From positions 1 to 53,322 of the forward strand of contig JAJZKQ010000003.1 of assembly GCA_021804095.1 (NCBI GenBank): a DNA stretch of 53,322 nt, written 5' to 3'. Under the pieces are notes generated by a model. That model searched no databases and was not told the DNA's origin. It worked only from the letters and a program-made list of their open reading frames with translations. Below, in pieces: positions 19,571 through 30,538 of the stretch. The stretch comes from Candidatus Micrarchaeota archaeon. Lineage in GTDB: Archaea; Micrarchaeota; Micrarchaeia; Micrarchaeales; CABMGC01. A program made the translations under genes and the position numbers. How positions within the stretch are numbered: the first letter of the stretch is position 1; every line of letters starts with the position of its first letter.

Positions 19571-21391
19571 ATGAGCAACAAAAAAACATATTTGCATTTG
19601 AATGGCAGAGCAATAGGATTCATAGAAGACCCTGTAAAATTCGTAAACGAGATAAGGCAATCTAGACGAAAAGGCCAGATTTCAGGAGAAGTCAATATAG
19701 CATACTTCGAAAAGAACGGAGAGATACATATAAACACCGACAGGGGCAGGCTCAGGAAGCCATACATAATAGTAGAAAACGGAAAGCCAAAGATGACAGA
19801 GGAACTGATGGCGAAACTAAAGAGAAAAGAGATAACCTTCAACTATCTCCTAAGGAGCGGCATAATGGAATATCTCGATGCTGAAGAAGAGGAGAACGCA
19901 CAGGTGGCTCTAAGCGAGAAAGATATAAACGAAAGCACAACACACATCGAGGTTAATTACACTTCGATATTCGGGCTTACCATAAATACTTCTCCATTCC
20001 CTGAACACAACGCATTGGCACGACATGCAATGAGCGCAAATTTTATTAAACAATCCCAGGGGCTCTTCACTACAAACTTCAACCACCGTTTCGATTCGAG
20101 AAGCTATCTTCTTTATTATCCTCAGATACCTGTAGTAACTACCGCTTCATATAGATCTACTGGACTTGAAACTCATCCTTCAGGCCAGAATTTCGTTGTT
20201 GCAATCTCAACATACTACGGATACAATATGGCAGACGCGATAGTGATAAATAAGGCAGCTGTTGATCGCGGAATGGGAAGAAGCATATTCTACAAATCCT
20301 ACAGCGACGAAGAGAGAAGATATCCGGGAGGGCAGAAAGACAGGTTCAAGATACCGTCTCCGACTGCAGACGGATACATGGGAGAACATGCATACTCAAA
20401 GCTAAGCGAGGATGGAATTATAGAGCCTGAAGTATCGGTTAGCGAAGGAGATGTCCTAATAGGCAAGGTTGCACCTCCAAGATTCCTAGAAGAGAATATA
20501 GGTGCCGGAGGCCTCGAAGAAAAAATGCGTGACGATTCCACATCTTTGAAAACAGGAGAGGTAGGAAAAGTAGACAGCGTAATTCTGACTGAGACATCAG
20601 GCGCAACTAAAATTGTGAAGGTTAGAATAAGAAGTCAGAGAGTACCAGAGAAAGGAGATAAGTTTGCAAGCAGGCACGGGCAGAAAGGAGTCATAGCCTT
20701 AATAGTGAATCAAGAAGATATGCCTTTCTCAGAAACTGGAATAGTGCCAGATTTGCTTCTAAACCCCCACTCAATACCTACAAGATTAACATTCGGCCAT
20801 CTCATGGAGATGCTTGCAGGAAAAGCCGGAGCAGTCAGCGGAAGGCAGACTGACGGAACCGCATTCGCAGGAGAGGGCAAAGAGAGGCTCAAAGAGTACG
20901 GCGAGATGCTCAAGAACACCGGATTTGATGAACACGGAGACGAAGTCCTTTATGACGGAATAACAGGCGTCCCATTTAAATCAAGGATATTTACCGGAGT
21001 AGTATACTACAACAGGCTCTACCATATGGTAAGCAACAAGATTCAGGTAAGAAGCAGAGGAAAGGTACAGATACTTACACACCAGCCAACTGAAGGGAAG
21101 GCCCGTCAGGGTGCACTCAGATTCGGTGAGATGGAACGTGACGCACTGATAGGACACGGCGCAAGCCTTCTTCTAAAAGAAAGAATGCTTGATCAATCAG
21201 ACAAGACAGTGGTATTGATATGCAAGGAGTGCGGAGAAATAGGCTATTATGATCATGTTAAAAGGGCTAATGTCTGTCCTATAGACGGCAACAGCCAGAT
21301 AGTCCCTGTGGAAATGAGCTATGCATTCAAAGTGCTTCTTGATGAGATAAAGTCGATGCACATAATGCCAAGCATAAAAATGAAGGAATGA
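19571..21391 (+). CDS. rpoB1: RNA polymerase subunit B' (Rpo2C)
   Basis: GDKFASRHGQKG, LYHMV, QPTEGK, RFGEMERD. Confidence 0.97.
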   Translation: MSNKKTYLHLNGRAIGFIEDPVKFVNEIRQSRRKGQISGEVNIAYFEKNGEIHINTDRGRLRKPYIIVENGKPKMTEELMAKLKRKEITFNYLLRSGIMEYLDAEEEENAQVALSEKDINESTTHIEVNYTSIFGLTINTSPFPEHNALARHAMSANFIKQSQGLFTTNFNHRFDSRSYLLYYPQIPVVTTASYRSTGLETHPSGQNFVVAISTYYGYNMADAIVINKAAVDRGMGRSIFYKSYSDEERRYPGGQKDRFKIPSPTADGYMGEHAYSKLSEDGIIEPEVSVSEGDVLIGKVAPPRFLEENIGAGGLEEKMRDDSTSLKTGEVGKVDSVILTETSGATKIVKVRIRSQRVPEKGDKFASRHGQKGVIALIVNQEDMPFSETGIVPDLLLNPHSIPTRLTFGHLMEMLAGKAGAVSGRQTDGTAFAGEGKERLKEYGEMLKNTGFDEHGDEVLYDGITGVPFKSRIFTGVVYYNRLYHMVSNKIQVRSRGKVQILTHQPTEGKARQGALRFGEMERDALIGHGASLLLKERMLDQSDKTVVLICKECGEIGYYDHVKRANVCPIDGNSQIVPVEMSYAFKVLLDEIKSMHIMPSIKMKE

Positions 21392-21395
21392 TAAT

Positions 21396-23993
21396 ATGCA
21401 AGCTGAAGCAATAAATTATATACGATTTGGGATAGTATCCCCTGACGAAGTAAAAAAGATGAGCGTCGCGAAGCTTACTGTTCCAGACACTTACAATGAG
21501 GACGGTTATCCTATAGATGGGGGCCTCCTTGATCAACGCCTCGGAATAATCGATCCTGGACTTATATGCAAGACTTGCGGCGCGCGTGCAAAGACATGTC
21601 CAGGCCATTTTGGGCACATAGAGCTTGTAAAGCCAGTCATACACTCAGAATTCTCAAAAGTAATATACATGATCCTTCAGGCAACATGCATGAATTGCCA
21701 TAGGATTCTTCTTGATGAGGAACAGATAGAGGCTATTAAAAAAATAGAGGCAATAGATGCTCCAGAAGCAGCTTCAGGGATAGAGCGTGTAGTGCTTGAA
21801 AATGCAACAGAAGCAGAGTCCGAAGAGGCAAACGCAAAACTTACAAAACAGTCAAAAAATCAGAAAGCCAAAAAAGTAAAGAGGACAAAAAGATGCCCTT
21901 ACTGCAATGAGGAACAGACAAAGCTCAAGTTTTCCCAGCCTACATACTTTACTGCAGGAGACAGAAGGCTTAAACCAGATGAGATACGTGACATGCTTGC
22001 GAAAATAAGCGATGCGGACCTAAGCCTGTTAAACATAGATGCACACAGATCAAGGCCAGAGTGGCTCATAATAACTTCGCTGTTAGTGCCTCCTGTCAAT
22101 GTAAGGCCTTCAATAACACTAGAATCAGGAGAAAGATCCGAAGACGATTTGACACATAAGCTTGTAGACATAATGAGGATAAATCAGCGCCTCGAGCAGA
22201 ACATAAACGCAGGAGCGCCACAGATAATAATAGATGACCTCTGGGAACTTCTCCAGTATCACGTTACCGCATACTTCAATAATGAAGCATCAGGAATCCC
22301 TCCTGCAAGACACAGAAGCGGGAGGGCCCTCAAAACCCTTGCGCAGAGGCTCAAGGGCAAGGAAGGGAGATTCAGGTATAATCTAAGCGGAAAGAGAGTA
22401 AATTACTCCGCAAGGACTGTCATAAGTGTAGATCCCTACCTAGATATAAACGAAGTAGGTGTGCCTCAAGAGATTGCTGAAAAACTGACTGTTCCATTCT
22501 ATGTAACGCAGTGGAATCTCCAATTTGCAAAGGAGCTTGCTGAGAGGACTACCTACCCTATGATACTAAATATAATCTTGCAGGATGGCAAGAGACTCAG
22601 AGTGCTGGAAGGAAACAAAGAGGAAATAATGAAGAGCATAATTCCGGGAACAATAATGGAGCGCCAGATAATCGATGGCGACATAGCACTTTTCAACAGG
22701 CAGCCTTCACTACACAGAGTCTCAATAATGGCACACAGAATAAAAGTTCTTCCAGGAAAAACATTCAGGATAAACTACTGCGCAACCGCACCTTACAATG
22801 CAGACTTCGACGGAGACGAGATGAACCTCCACGTACCGCAGACATTGGAGGCACAGGCAGAGGCAAGGCATCTCATGGAAGTCCAGTACCAGATATTCTC
22901 CCCAAGAGACGGCTCAGCAATAATAACCAACAGCGAAGACGGAATCAGCGGCATGTATGCACTTACAAAAGACACAAATTTCATAACGAAAGACCTAGCA
23001 TGCTACCTTATGGGGATATGTGGTGTCTATGAACTGCCAAAGGCAAACAAAGACGGCATGTATTCGGGAAAAGAGATATTCTCCATGATCCTACCTAAAA
23101 AGCTTAATTACAGCCAGAAAACCAAGATGGGGACTTTCGTAATAAAAGACGGAAAGCTCATCGAAGGAGTAGTTACAAAAGAGACTTATGGCAGGGACAA
23201 TGGTCTTGCCATAAAGATAGCTATGGACTTCGGCTATGAAGAGCTTAGAAAATTCATATATGTCTCATCCAAGCTTTCAGACGCATACGTAACTCTTGCC
23301 GGAGTCACTGTAGGGGTTAAAGAATACTCTATAGACAAAAAGACAGAAGATGAGAAAGAGAAAATACTAAACGATACCTTCAATAAGATAGAGAAGATGA
23401 TAGAAGGATACAAGACTGGGAAGTTTGAACCTCTGATTGGTTATACTCCAAAAGAGTCCCTGGAGCGAATGATAATCGCAGAACTCAATTTAGCCAGAAG
23501 CAATGCTGGAGAATATCTTGCAAGGCATTCAAGCGAATCCAACAGCGCAGTAGAAATGGCCCTTTCAGGATCAAGAGGAAGCATACTCAACCTAGAACAG
23601 ATGTCCATGTTTCTTGGCCAGCAGGCAACCCTAAGCGGAGGAAGAATAAAAAGAGGCTATTACACAAATAGGCTTCTGCCTCACATAAAACCTGGAGATG
23701 TAGGGCCAACTGCAAGAGGATTCATAATAACAAACTACTATGGGGGCCTCTCTCCTATAGATATTTTCAGCCATGCGGTAGGTTCAAGAGGTTCAGAGGT
23801 ATACAAGGCACTCCTAACAGGAAGATCAGGATACCTGTATCGTAGGCTCTCCAACGCACTTCAGGATTATTATGTAAAGAAAGATCTAAGCGTCAGAGAC
23901 ATAAACAATAACATAATTGAGACTGTTTACGGTGCAGATGCCATAGATCCTGTAAAGGTACAGTTTGCGAAGATGAGCGAAGAGGAAGAGTGA
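21396..23993 (+). CDS. rpoA1: RNA polymerase subunit A' (Rpo1N)
   Basis: [24 protein letters not shown], catalytic [11 protein letters not shown]. Confidence 0.98.
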   Translation: MQAEAINYIRFGIVSPDEVKKMSVAKLTVPDTYNEDGYPIDGGLLDQRLGIIDPGLICKTCGARAKTCPGHFGHIELVKPVIHSEFSKVIYMILQATCMNCHRILLDEEQIEAIKKIEAIDAPEAASGIERVVLENATEAESEEANAKLTKQSKNQKAKKVKRTKRCPYCNEEQTKLKFSQPTYFTAGDRRLKPDEIRDMLAKISDADLSLLNIDAHRSRPEWLIITSLLVPPVNVRPSITLESGERSEDDLTHKLVDIMRINQRLEQNINAGAPQIIIDDLWELLQYHVTAYFNNEASGIPPARHRSGRALKTLAQRLKGKEGRFRYNLSGKRVNYSARTVISVDPYLDINEVGVPQEIAEKLTVPFYVTQWNLQFAKELAERTTYPMILNIILQDGKRLRVLEGNKEEIMKSIIPGTIMERQIIDGDIALFNRQPSLHRVSIMAHRIKVLPGKTFRINYCATAPYNADFDGDEMNLHVPQTLEAQAEARHLMEVQYQIFSPRDGSAIITNSEDGISGMYALTKDTNFITKDLACYLMGICGVYELPKANKDGMYSGKEIFSMILPKKLNYSQKTKMGTFVIKDGKLIEGVVTKETYGRDNGLAIKIAMDFGYEELRKFIYVSSKLSDAYVTLAGVTVGVKEYSIDKKTEDEKEKILNDTFNKIEKMIEGYKTGKFEPLIGYTPKESLERMIIAELNLARSNAGEYLARHSSESNSAVEMALSGSRGSILNLEQMSMFLGQQATLSGGRIKRGYYTNRLLPHIKPGDVGPTARGFIITNYYGGLSPIDIFSHAVGSRGSEVYKALLTGRSGYLYRRLSNALQDYYVKKDLSVRDINNNIIETVYGADAIDPVKVQFAKMSEEEE

Positions 23994-23997
23994 TTGT

Positions 23998-25053
23998 ATG
24001 AAAGAATCAAAAAATAAAAAATTCACAGTAAATTACGGAGAACCTGTAGGGATGCTTGCCGCGCAATCTATAGGAGAACCTGGAACCCAGATGATTCTAA
24101 GGACATTCCACTATGCAGGAATAGAGGCAACAATAGCAACATCAGGTCTTCCAAGAATAGTAGAATTGGTAGACGCAAGGAAGAAGCCTGCGACCCCGAT
24201 AACCTATGTCTATCTTAACTCATCGACAAAATCCAACTTTGAAAAGGCCGAGCATACTGTAAAGATGATAAATGAGGTAAGGATGGAAAACATAGCCAGA
24301 CGTGCAATAGAAAGTTTCTCAAAAGGCGCAATAAAATTCATACTGGACAAGCAGGCTCTTGTAGCAAACGATCTTACTCCATCAAATGTTGCACAAAAAT
24401 TATCAAAGGCAATGGAAGTTGAGGCAAAGGTATCAGAAGACGGAAATATAATAGTAAAGCTCAAAACAAAGAACCTAAGCGAAATAAGACAGACAAGCGT
24501 AAGGATAATGCGCAAGACCATACAAGGCATAGAAGGCGCAGGAAAGGCTGTAATACAAAGGACAAAAGAAGGAGAATTCTACATAGTGGCAGCAGGAAGC
24601 AATATCGAGGGAATAATCGACACAGAAGGCATAGACCGTTCCAGGCTGTACACGAACGATGTCTTTGCCATGCATCGATTATTCGGGATAGAAGCAGCAA
24701 GGAATACAATCGTTAATGAGTTGAAAAAGACACTTGACGAACAGAAGATAGATGTAGATGAGAGGCATATCATGCTTGTTGCAGACGCCATGACTTATTC
24801 TGGAGATATAAAAGGAGTAGGCAGACATGGTCTCAGCGGACAGAAAAATTCAGTATTCGCAAAGGCAGCATATGAAGAAACAATAAAACATCTTGTAAAT
24901 GCCGCTTCTTTCGGAGAGATAGATCCTATGAGAGGCGTAACTGAAAATATTCTTGTAGGAAAACAGATACCTATAGGTACCGGATCTGTCAGGCTCGCAG
25001 TTAAAAAGGAAGAGATAAAAAAACCAAAGGCAACAGCGCAATCAAAAGAATAG
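23998..25053 (+). CDS. rpoA2: RNA polymerase subunit A'' (Rpo1C)
   Basis: [16 protein letters not shown] trigger loop, GLPR, GIEAAR, GVTENI..G...PIGTG. Confidence 0.96.
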   Translation: MKESKNKKFTVNYGEPVGMLAAQSIGEPGTQMILRTFHYAGIEATIATSGLPRIVELVDARKKPATPITYVYLNSSTKSNFEKAEHTVKMINEVRMENIARRAIESFSKGAIKFILDKQALVANDLTPSNVAQKLSKAMEVEAKVSEDGNIIVKLKTKNLSEIRQTSVRIMRKTIQGIEGAGKAVIQRTKEGEFYIVAAGSNIEGIIDTEGIDRSRLYTNDVFAMHRLFGIEAARNTIVNELKKTLDEQKIDVDERHIMLVADAMTYSGDIKGVGRHGLSGQKNSVFAKAAYEETIKHLVNAASFGEIDPMRGVTENILVGKQIPIGTGSVRLAVKKEEIKKPKATAQSKE

Positions 25054-25085
25054 TCAGTATAGGATCAAAATCAAAGATCGCATAG

Positions 25086-26794
25086 GAATAGATGGATATA
25101 TGCTACTCAAAGACGTAGAAAAACGTGTCTGCGGCTCGGAGAAGAACGGAATAATCTACCCTTTGTATGATGGTTTCTCACTTGCAAACGTTCCCAATAC
25201 TGCCCTTGAAATCCTAGGCGCAAAGCCCGTAGGAAAAACTCTCGACAAATCCATAACCAGGCATATAGACACAAAAAACATAAAGAAAATAGTGGTGTTA
25301 TTGCTGGACGGTTTCGGCTATGACATGTTCCTCAAATCACTGGAATATGCATCATTCTTCAGGAAAGCTGCTGATAATGGCATATTTGCGCCTATAACAA
25401 GCGGATTTCCATCTTCAACTGCAGTTTCAATAACTACTATGAATACAGGCGAAATTCCTACCAGGCATGGAATCATATCCTGGATCCTATATTCTGAGAA
25501 TTCAAACGAAATAATAAACGCCTTAGAGGATAATGCAGACAAGAAAAACAGAAAACTAAGCCAAGATATACTCCATACAAAAGCCACAGTATATGGGAAT
25601 TTTAAAAAGTCAGGAATACATCCATATACTCTCATAGACCGCCAAATTGACAAAACCGACTATAATCAGCTCTTCAGGTCAAAAAGAACAGGCATCCATC
25701 ATGTAAAGGACTCAGACTTTGCAATAAAGCTCAGAAAGATGCTGGAGGACGAGAAAGGAAAATCCTATTTCTATGCATACCTAAACGGGATAGACACAAT
25801 TACCCATGTACACGGACCCCACACGGAAGAATCGGAAGCCGAGATACTTCTTATATCGAATGCACTTGAGTCCGGTTTCCTGAGCAGAATCTCAAAAAAG
25901 ACAGCATCAGAAACTCTTCTGATAATTACAGCAGATCACGGGCATACCCGAATAGATCCTAAAAAAACAGTATATCTGAATGCATTTAAAAAACTTAATA
26001 ATTATTATAAATCTGACAGAACTGGAAGACCAATACTCCCTATAGGCGGTCCCAGATATGTATTCCTGCACATAAAGCCAGAAAAGCTAGAAGACGCCTA
26101 CGAATTTCTATCGGAAAAACTCTCAAAAACAGCAAAGGTAATCAAAACCGCAGAGGTATCTGAACTTGGGAAATTTCTGGGCCACAGGGAAAATAAAAGA
26201 TTTCTAAAAAGAGTAGGAAACCTCCTAATACTTCCATATTCGGGAAGATCTGTCTGGTATCAGCATGCAAAAGGTCATAAAGAAAGCAACATAGGCACAC
26301 ACGGAGGCCTCAGCAGGGAAGAAATGCTGATACCTTTTGTAGCTGTAAGGCTCTCCGAAATTCCATGATACTGCAATTTCAGAATACTAGAATTCTGATT
26401 TCTAATTTCTACTATCTCACCCAGATCTATGAAAAGCGAACTCACATATAAAGAACCCTAAGTCCAAAACCTGAATAGATGGATATATGCTACTCAAAGA
26501 CGTAGAAAAACGTGTCTGCGGCTCGGAGAAGAACGGAATAATCTACCCTTTGTATGATGGTTTCTCACTTGCAAACGTTCCCAATACTGCCCTTGAAATC
26601 CTAGGCGCAAAGCCCGTAGGAAAAACTCTCGACAAATCCATAACCAGGCATATAGACACAAAAAACATAAAGAAAATAGTGGTGTTATTGCTGGACGGTT
26701 TCGGCTATGACATGTTCCTCAAATCACTGGAATATGCATCATTCTTCAGGAAAGCTGCTGATAATGGCATATTTGCGCCTATAACAAGCGGATT
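25086..26794 (+). repeat. Direct repeat: 25086-25407 identical by eye to 26473-26794 (322 bp), with further near-identical blocks in both NPP genes
   Basis: Visual alignment, offset 1387 bp; begins 14 nt upstream of each ATG. Confidence 0.9.
25100..26368 (+). CDS. Alkaline phosphatase superfamily (NPP/phosphodiesterase-type) protein, copy 1
   Basis: LLDGFG, FPSST (nucleophile Thr), DTITHVHGP, ITADHG, GTHGG; no signal peptide. Confidence 0.88.
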   Translation: MLLKDVEKRVCGSEKNGIIYPLYDGFSLANVPNTALEILGAKPVGKTLDKSITRHIDTKNIKKIVVLLLDGFGYDMFLKSLEYASFFRKAADNGIFAPITSGFPSSTAVSITTMNTGEIPTRHGIISWILYSENSNEIINALEDNADKKNRKLSQDILHTKATVYGNFKKSGIHPYTLIDRQIDKTDYNQLFRSKRTGIHHVKDSDFAIKLRKMLEDEKGKSYFYAYLNGIDTITHVHGPHTEESEAEILLISNALESGFLSRISKKTASETLLIITADHGHTRIDPKKTVYLNAFKKLNNYYKSDRTGRPILPIGGPRYVFLHIKPEKLEDAYEFLSEKLSKTAKVIKTAEVSELGKFLGHRENKRFLKRVGNLLILPYSGRSVWYQHAKGHKESNIGTHGGLSREEMLIPFVAVRLSEIP

Positions 26795-27764
26795 CCCTTC
26801 CACTACTGCGGCATCCATAACTACGATAAATTCGGGACTCACTCCAAAAGAGCACGGCCTTTTAGAGTGGACATTGTATTTTGATGAAATAGATCAGATA
26901 ATAAACACACTTCCATTCACCTCAATTGCAAACGAGCCTCTCAAGGGCAAGGAGAATCCAAAAATCCTATACAGCGGCATAACCATATACGACAATGCAA
27001 AAAAATCACAAGTGCATCCATATACCCTTCTTGATCTTAAGATAGAATCTTCGGAATACAACAAACATTTCAAAACTAAAAAGACAAGCGAAACGCATAT
27101 AAAAAACTCAGACTTTGCAATAAAGATCAGAAAGATGCTGGAGGACGAGAAAGGAAAATCCTATTTCTACGCATACCTAAACGGAATAGACACAATTACC
27201 CATGTACACGGACCCCACACGGAAGAATCGGAAGCCGAGATATTATCTATATCCCATTCTCTTGAAGACGGTCTTCTAAGCAAGATCTCAAAAAAGACAG
27301 CATCAGAAACTCTTCTGATAATCACAGCAGATCACGGCCATACTTCTATAAAACCCGAGAATGTTTTATATCTCAACAAATATAAAAAATTAAATGATTA
27401 CTATGCAAGGGGAAAAAATGGAATGCCTATACTGCCATATGGGGGACCTAGAGATGTATTCCTGCAGATAAAGCCAGAAAAGCTGGAAGACGCCTACGAA
27501 TTTCTATCGGAAAAACTCTCAAAAACAGCAAAGGTAATAATACTTACAGATTCTGTCATCAGAGATCTTTTCGGTAATGAACGCCAAAACAAAAAATTCA
27601 AGTCAAGGATTGGAAACCTCCTAATACTTCCATATCAAGGAAGATCTGTCTGGTATCAGCATGCAAAAGGTCATAAAGAAAGCTACATAGGCGTACACGG
27701 AGGCCTCAGCAGGGAAGAAATGCTGATACCTTTTGCAGCTGTAAGGCTCTCCGAAATTCTCTAA
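26487..27764 (+). CDS. Alkaline phosphatase superfamily (NPP/phosphodiesterase-type) protein, copy 2
   Basis: Same motifs (LLDGFG, FPSTT, DTITH, ITADHG, GVHGG); tandem paralogue. Confidence 0.9.
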   Translation: MLLKDVEKRVCGSEKNGIIYPLYDGFSLANVPNTALEILGAKPVGKTLDKSITRHIDTKNIKKIVVLLLDGFGYDMFLKSLEYASFFRKAADNGIFAPITSGFPSTTAASITTINSGLTPKEHGLLEWTLYFDEIDQIINTLPFTSIANEPLKGKENPKILYSGITIYDNAKKSQVHPYTLLDLKIESSEYNKHFKTKKTSETHIKNSDFAIKIRKMLEDEKGKSYFYAYLNGIDTITHVHGPHTEESEAEILSISHSLEDGLLSKISKKTASETLLIITADHGHTSIKPENVLYLNKYKKLNDYYARGKNGMPILPYGGPRDVFLQIKPEKLEDAYEFLSEKLSKTAKVIILTDSVIRDLFGNERQNKKFKSRIGNLLILPYQGRSVWYQHAKGHKESYIGVHGGLSREEMLIPFAAVRLSEIL

Positions 27765-27829
27765 ATTTATTTCATAACTGAAAAAGCCCATACCTAACGT
27801 TTATTAAAACATTTCAATACTAATTTATT

Positions 27830-29374
27830 ATGGCAACTGATACCATTCTTATAATCGATTTCGGCGGGCAATATTGCCATTTAATAGGAAGGCGTATAAG
27901 GGAAATGGGTGTCTATTCTGAAATAGTGCCATATGACATAAGCAAAAAAGAGCTCGTGTCAATGAAGAGGAACATGAATATAAAAGGCATAGTATTATCA
28001 GGAGGGCCTCTAAGCATTTATTATCCAGACTCTCCGAAAATGGACAAAAAAATACTCGAATCCGGAATTCCAATACTTGGAATATGCTATGGCCATCAGC
28101 TTCTTGCGGATTATATTGGAGGAAGAGTCGAAAAAACTCCAAAGCCAGAATACGGAAACGCGACAGCCAGAATAATAAAAAACAGCAGCATACTAAAAGG
28201 TCTAAAAACCAAGGAAGAGGTATGGATGAGCCATGGTGACAGCGTAACAGAACTTCCTAAAAATATCTCAATTATTGCAAGCAGTACAAACTGTAGGATA
28301 GCCGCATACGAAGACAAAAAGAAGGCGATATTCGGGATACAATGGCATCCTGAAGTTGTACATACTAAAAACGGTTCAAAAATATTCTCAAACTTTATCT
28401 TCGAGATATGCAAATGCAAAAAAGAATGGAACGCTAAGAAGAATATAACACAATACCTAAACAATGTAAAAAATGAAATAGGAAAAGGACACGCCATAAT
28501 GGCGCTCAGCGGCGGAATAGATTCAACTACTGCAGCGGCAATAGCCTCAAAGGCGATAGGAGACCGTCTTACTGCTGTATTTGTTGATACGGGGCTCATG
28601 CGGGAAGGAGAGCCTCAAAGCATCTCAGAAATGGCCAAAAAGCTAGATATAAATCTTGTAAGCATAAATGCAGCAGATAAATTCCTTGCAGAATTAAAAA
28701 ACATGAAAGATCCCGAAGCAAAAAGAAAGATAATAGGCAGGGAATTTATCCGGGTATTCGAGGAAGAGGCAAGAAAACACAAGGCAGAATTCCTCATACA
28801 GGGTACTATATATCCTGACAGAATTGAGTCGGGCCACTCAAAGAATTCAAGCATTATAAAGACCCATCATAATGTTGGAGGAATACCGTCCGACTCAAAA
28901 TTCAAGAAAATTGTAGAACCATTAAGAGACCTATACAAAGACGAGGTAAGAAGTTTAGCAAAAAATATCGGCATTCCGGACGAAATGGTTTATAGGCAGC
29001 CTTTTCCAGGACCTGGTCTTGCAGTCAGGATAATTGGGGAAATAACAACAGAGAAAGTAAAAATACTTAAAAAAGCAGATTCCATATTGTGTTCAGAAAT
29101 TGAAAAAATCCCAATAAAAGAAAGACCATGGCAGTATTTCGCTGTCCTTACCGGAATAAAAAGTACTGGCGTAAAAGGGGATTCAAGGGCTTATGGGGAT
29201 GTAATCGCATTAAGGGCAGTCGAAAGCAAGGAAGCAATGACAGCCAATTTTTCTTCAATTCCTTACGAAACACTCGAAAAAATATCAGGAAGAATAACCG
29301 CTGAAATACCTTCTGTTGTACGCGTTGTATACGACATAACTAATAAACCCCCTTCAACAATCGAGTGGGAATAA
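27830..29374 (+). CDS. guaA: GMP synthase (glutamine-hydrolysing), fused two-domain form
   Basis: IDFGGQY, GICYGHQ, WMSHGD, QWHPE, LSGGIDS, IKTHHNVGG, KPPSTIEWE. Confidence 0.97.
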   Translation: MATDTILIIDFGGQYCHLIGRRIREMGVYSEIVPYDISKKELVSMKRNMNIKGIVLSGGPLSIYYPDSPKMDKKILESGIPILGICYGHQLLADYIGGRVEKTPKPEYGNATARIIKNSSILKGLKTKEEVWMSHGDSVTELPKNISIIASSTNCRIAAYEDKKKAIFGIQWHPEVVHTKNGSKIFSNFIFEICKCKKEWNAKKNITQYLNNVKNEIGKGHAIMALSGGIDSTTAAAIASKAIGDRLTAVFVDTGLMREGEPQSISEMAKKLDINLVSINAADKFLAELKNMKDPEAKRKIIGREFIRVFEEEARKHKAEFLIQGTIYPDRIESGHSKNSSIIKTHHNVGGIPSDSKFKKIVEPLRDLYKDEVRSLAKNIGIPDEMVYRQPFPGPGLAVRIIGEITTEKVKILKKADSILCSEIEKIPIKERPWQYFAVLTGIKSTGVKGDSRAYGDVIALRAVESKEAMTANFSSIPYETLEKISGRITAEIPSVVRVVYDITNKPPSTIEWE

Positions 29375-29446
29375 TCTAAAATAACTCTAAACAAAATTCC
29401 CGGAGAGCTAGAAAACCCATATAAATATTGTCTACGTATAAGCCAT

Positions 29447-30538
29447 ATGGAAATAACCGAAAGCAAATTAGGAAACTGTAAAAATGCATATACTTTTGAT
29501 GAGCTTCTAATGCTTCCCGGATACGCACAAATGAGCCCAAAAGATATAGACTCCTCTTCCTTGCTTGACGGGATAACTCTAAATTCTCCTTTCCTCTCAG
29601 CAGCAATGGATACTGTAACAGGACCTGAAATGGCCATAGCGTTAGGGCTCAGCGGCGGCCTTGGCGTAATACATAGAAACTGCAGTACTGAAGAGGCATT
29701 AGAAATGCTTAGGAAAGTCAAATCATTCAAAATTCCCGGAAGTAATGCCCATGCCACAAAAGATAAGAAAGCCAGGCTAGCTGTAGGTGCAGCCATCTCT
29801 TCAGAAGTTGAGCGCGCAATAACAATAGCCGAAGAAGCCGACATATTATTTACTGATGTTGCAAGCTTCCACAACCAAAAGATCTTTGAATCAGTTAAAA
29901 AGATAATCAAATCTACAGGTAAGAAGATAGTAATAGGAAACCTAGGCACAGAGCAAGGGGTACTCCACGCAATAAAAGAAATAGGTTCGGAAAACATATC
30001 CGGAATAAAGGTTGGGATGGGAGGAGGTTCTATATGCACCACTACAGATGTTACTGGAGTGGGTTCTCCTGTTCCTTTCGCTTTGGAAGAAACTACCTCA
30101 GCTCTAAGAAAAATGAAACTCTCAATACCAATAATCGCTGACGGCGGAATACGCAGGCCTAGAGACATAGCCATATCCTTCGGTCTCGGAGCATCATTTG
30201 TTATGCTCGGGAACATGCTAGCACGCTGCGATGAAAGCCCAGGCCAGAAAATAGAAAAAGACGGAAAACAATATAAGGTATATTGGGGGATGGGAAGCCG
30301 CGAGGCACGAGCAAAACGCGCAGCACTTGACAGATATCAAGATTCAGGAAAGGACATAGCCGAAGGAATAAAAATATATGTAGAAGCGGAAGGTCCTGTA
30401 AGTGATATGGTAGATAGGCTCACTTCCACTCTTAAAACCTCAATGGGATACGTAGGAGCTAGAAACATTTCCGAGATGGGAACAAAGGCTAACTTTGCAG
30501 TAATAAGGCCCAAGGAAGAGAAAAAGGGGGTAGAATGA
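29447..30538 (+). CDS. guaB: IMP dehydrogenase lacking the CBS (Bateman) subdomain
   Basis: SAAMDTVT, GGLGVIHRN, GSICTT (catalytic Cys), IADGGI, GMGS...DRYQ flap with the Arg-Tyr dyad typical of IMPDH rather than GMP reductase. Confidence 0.88.
   Translation: MEITESKLGNCKNAYTFDELLMLPGYAQMSPKDIDSSSLLDGITLNSPFLSAAMDTVTGPEMAIALGLSGGLGVIHRNCSTEEALEMLRKVKSFKIPGSNAHATKDKKARLAVGAAISSEVERAITIAEEADILFTDVASFHNQKIFESVKKIIKSTGKKIVIGNLGTEQGVLHAIKEIGSENISGIKVGMGGGSICTTTDVTGVGSPVPFALEETTSALRKMKLSIPIIADGGIRRPRDIAISFGLGASFVMLGNMLARCDESPGQKIEKDGKQYKVYWGMGSREARAKRAALDRYQDSGKDIAEGIKIYVEAEGPVSDMVDRLTSTLKTSMGYVGARNISEMGTKANFAVIRPKEEKKGVE

Noticed and set aside
26379-26398. TCAGAAT-N6-ATTCTGA inverted repeat, similar to CAGAA-CTAGA-TTCTG near 4500
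   Set aside because: Short, AT-rich, with different spacing; not enough to call a repeat family
25100-27764. NPP pair as a DGR template/variable repeat or as BREX PglZ
   Set aside because: Mismatches are not adenine-specific and there is no reverse transcriptase; no other brx genes are present
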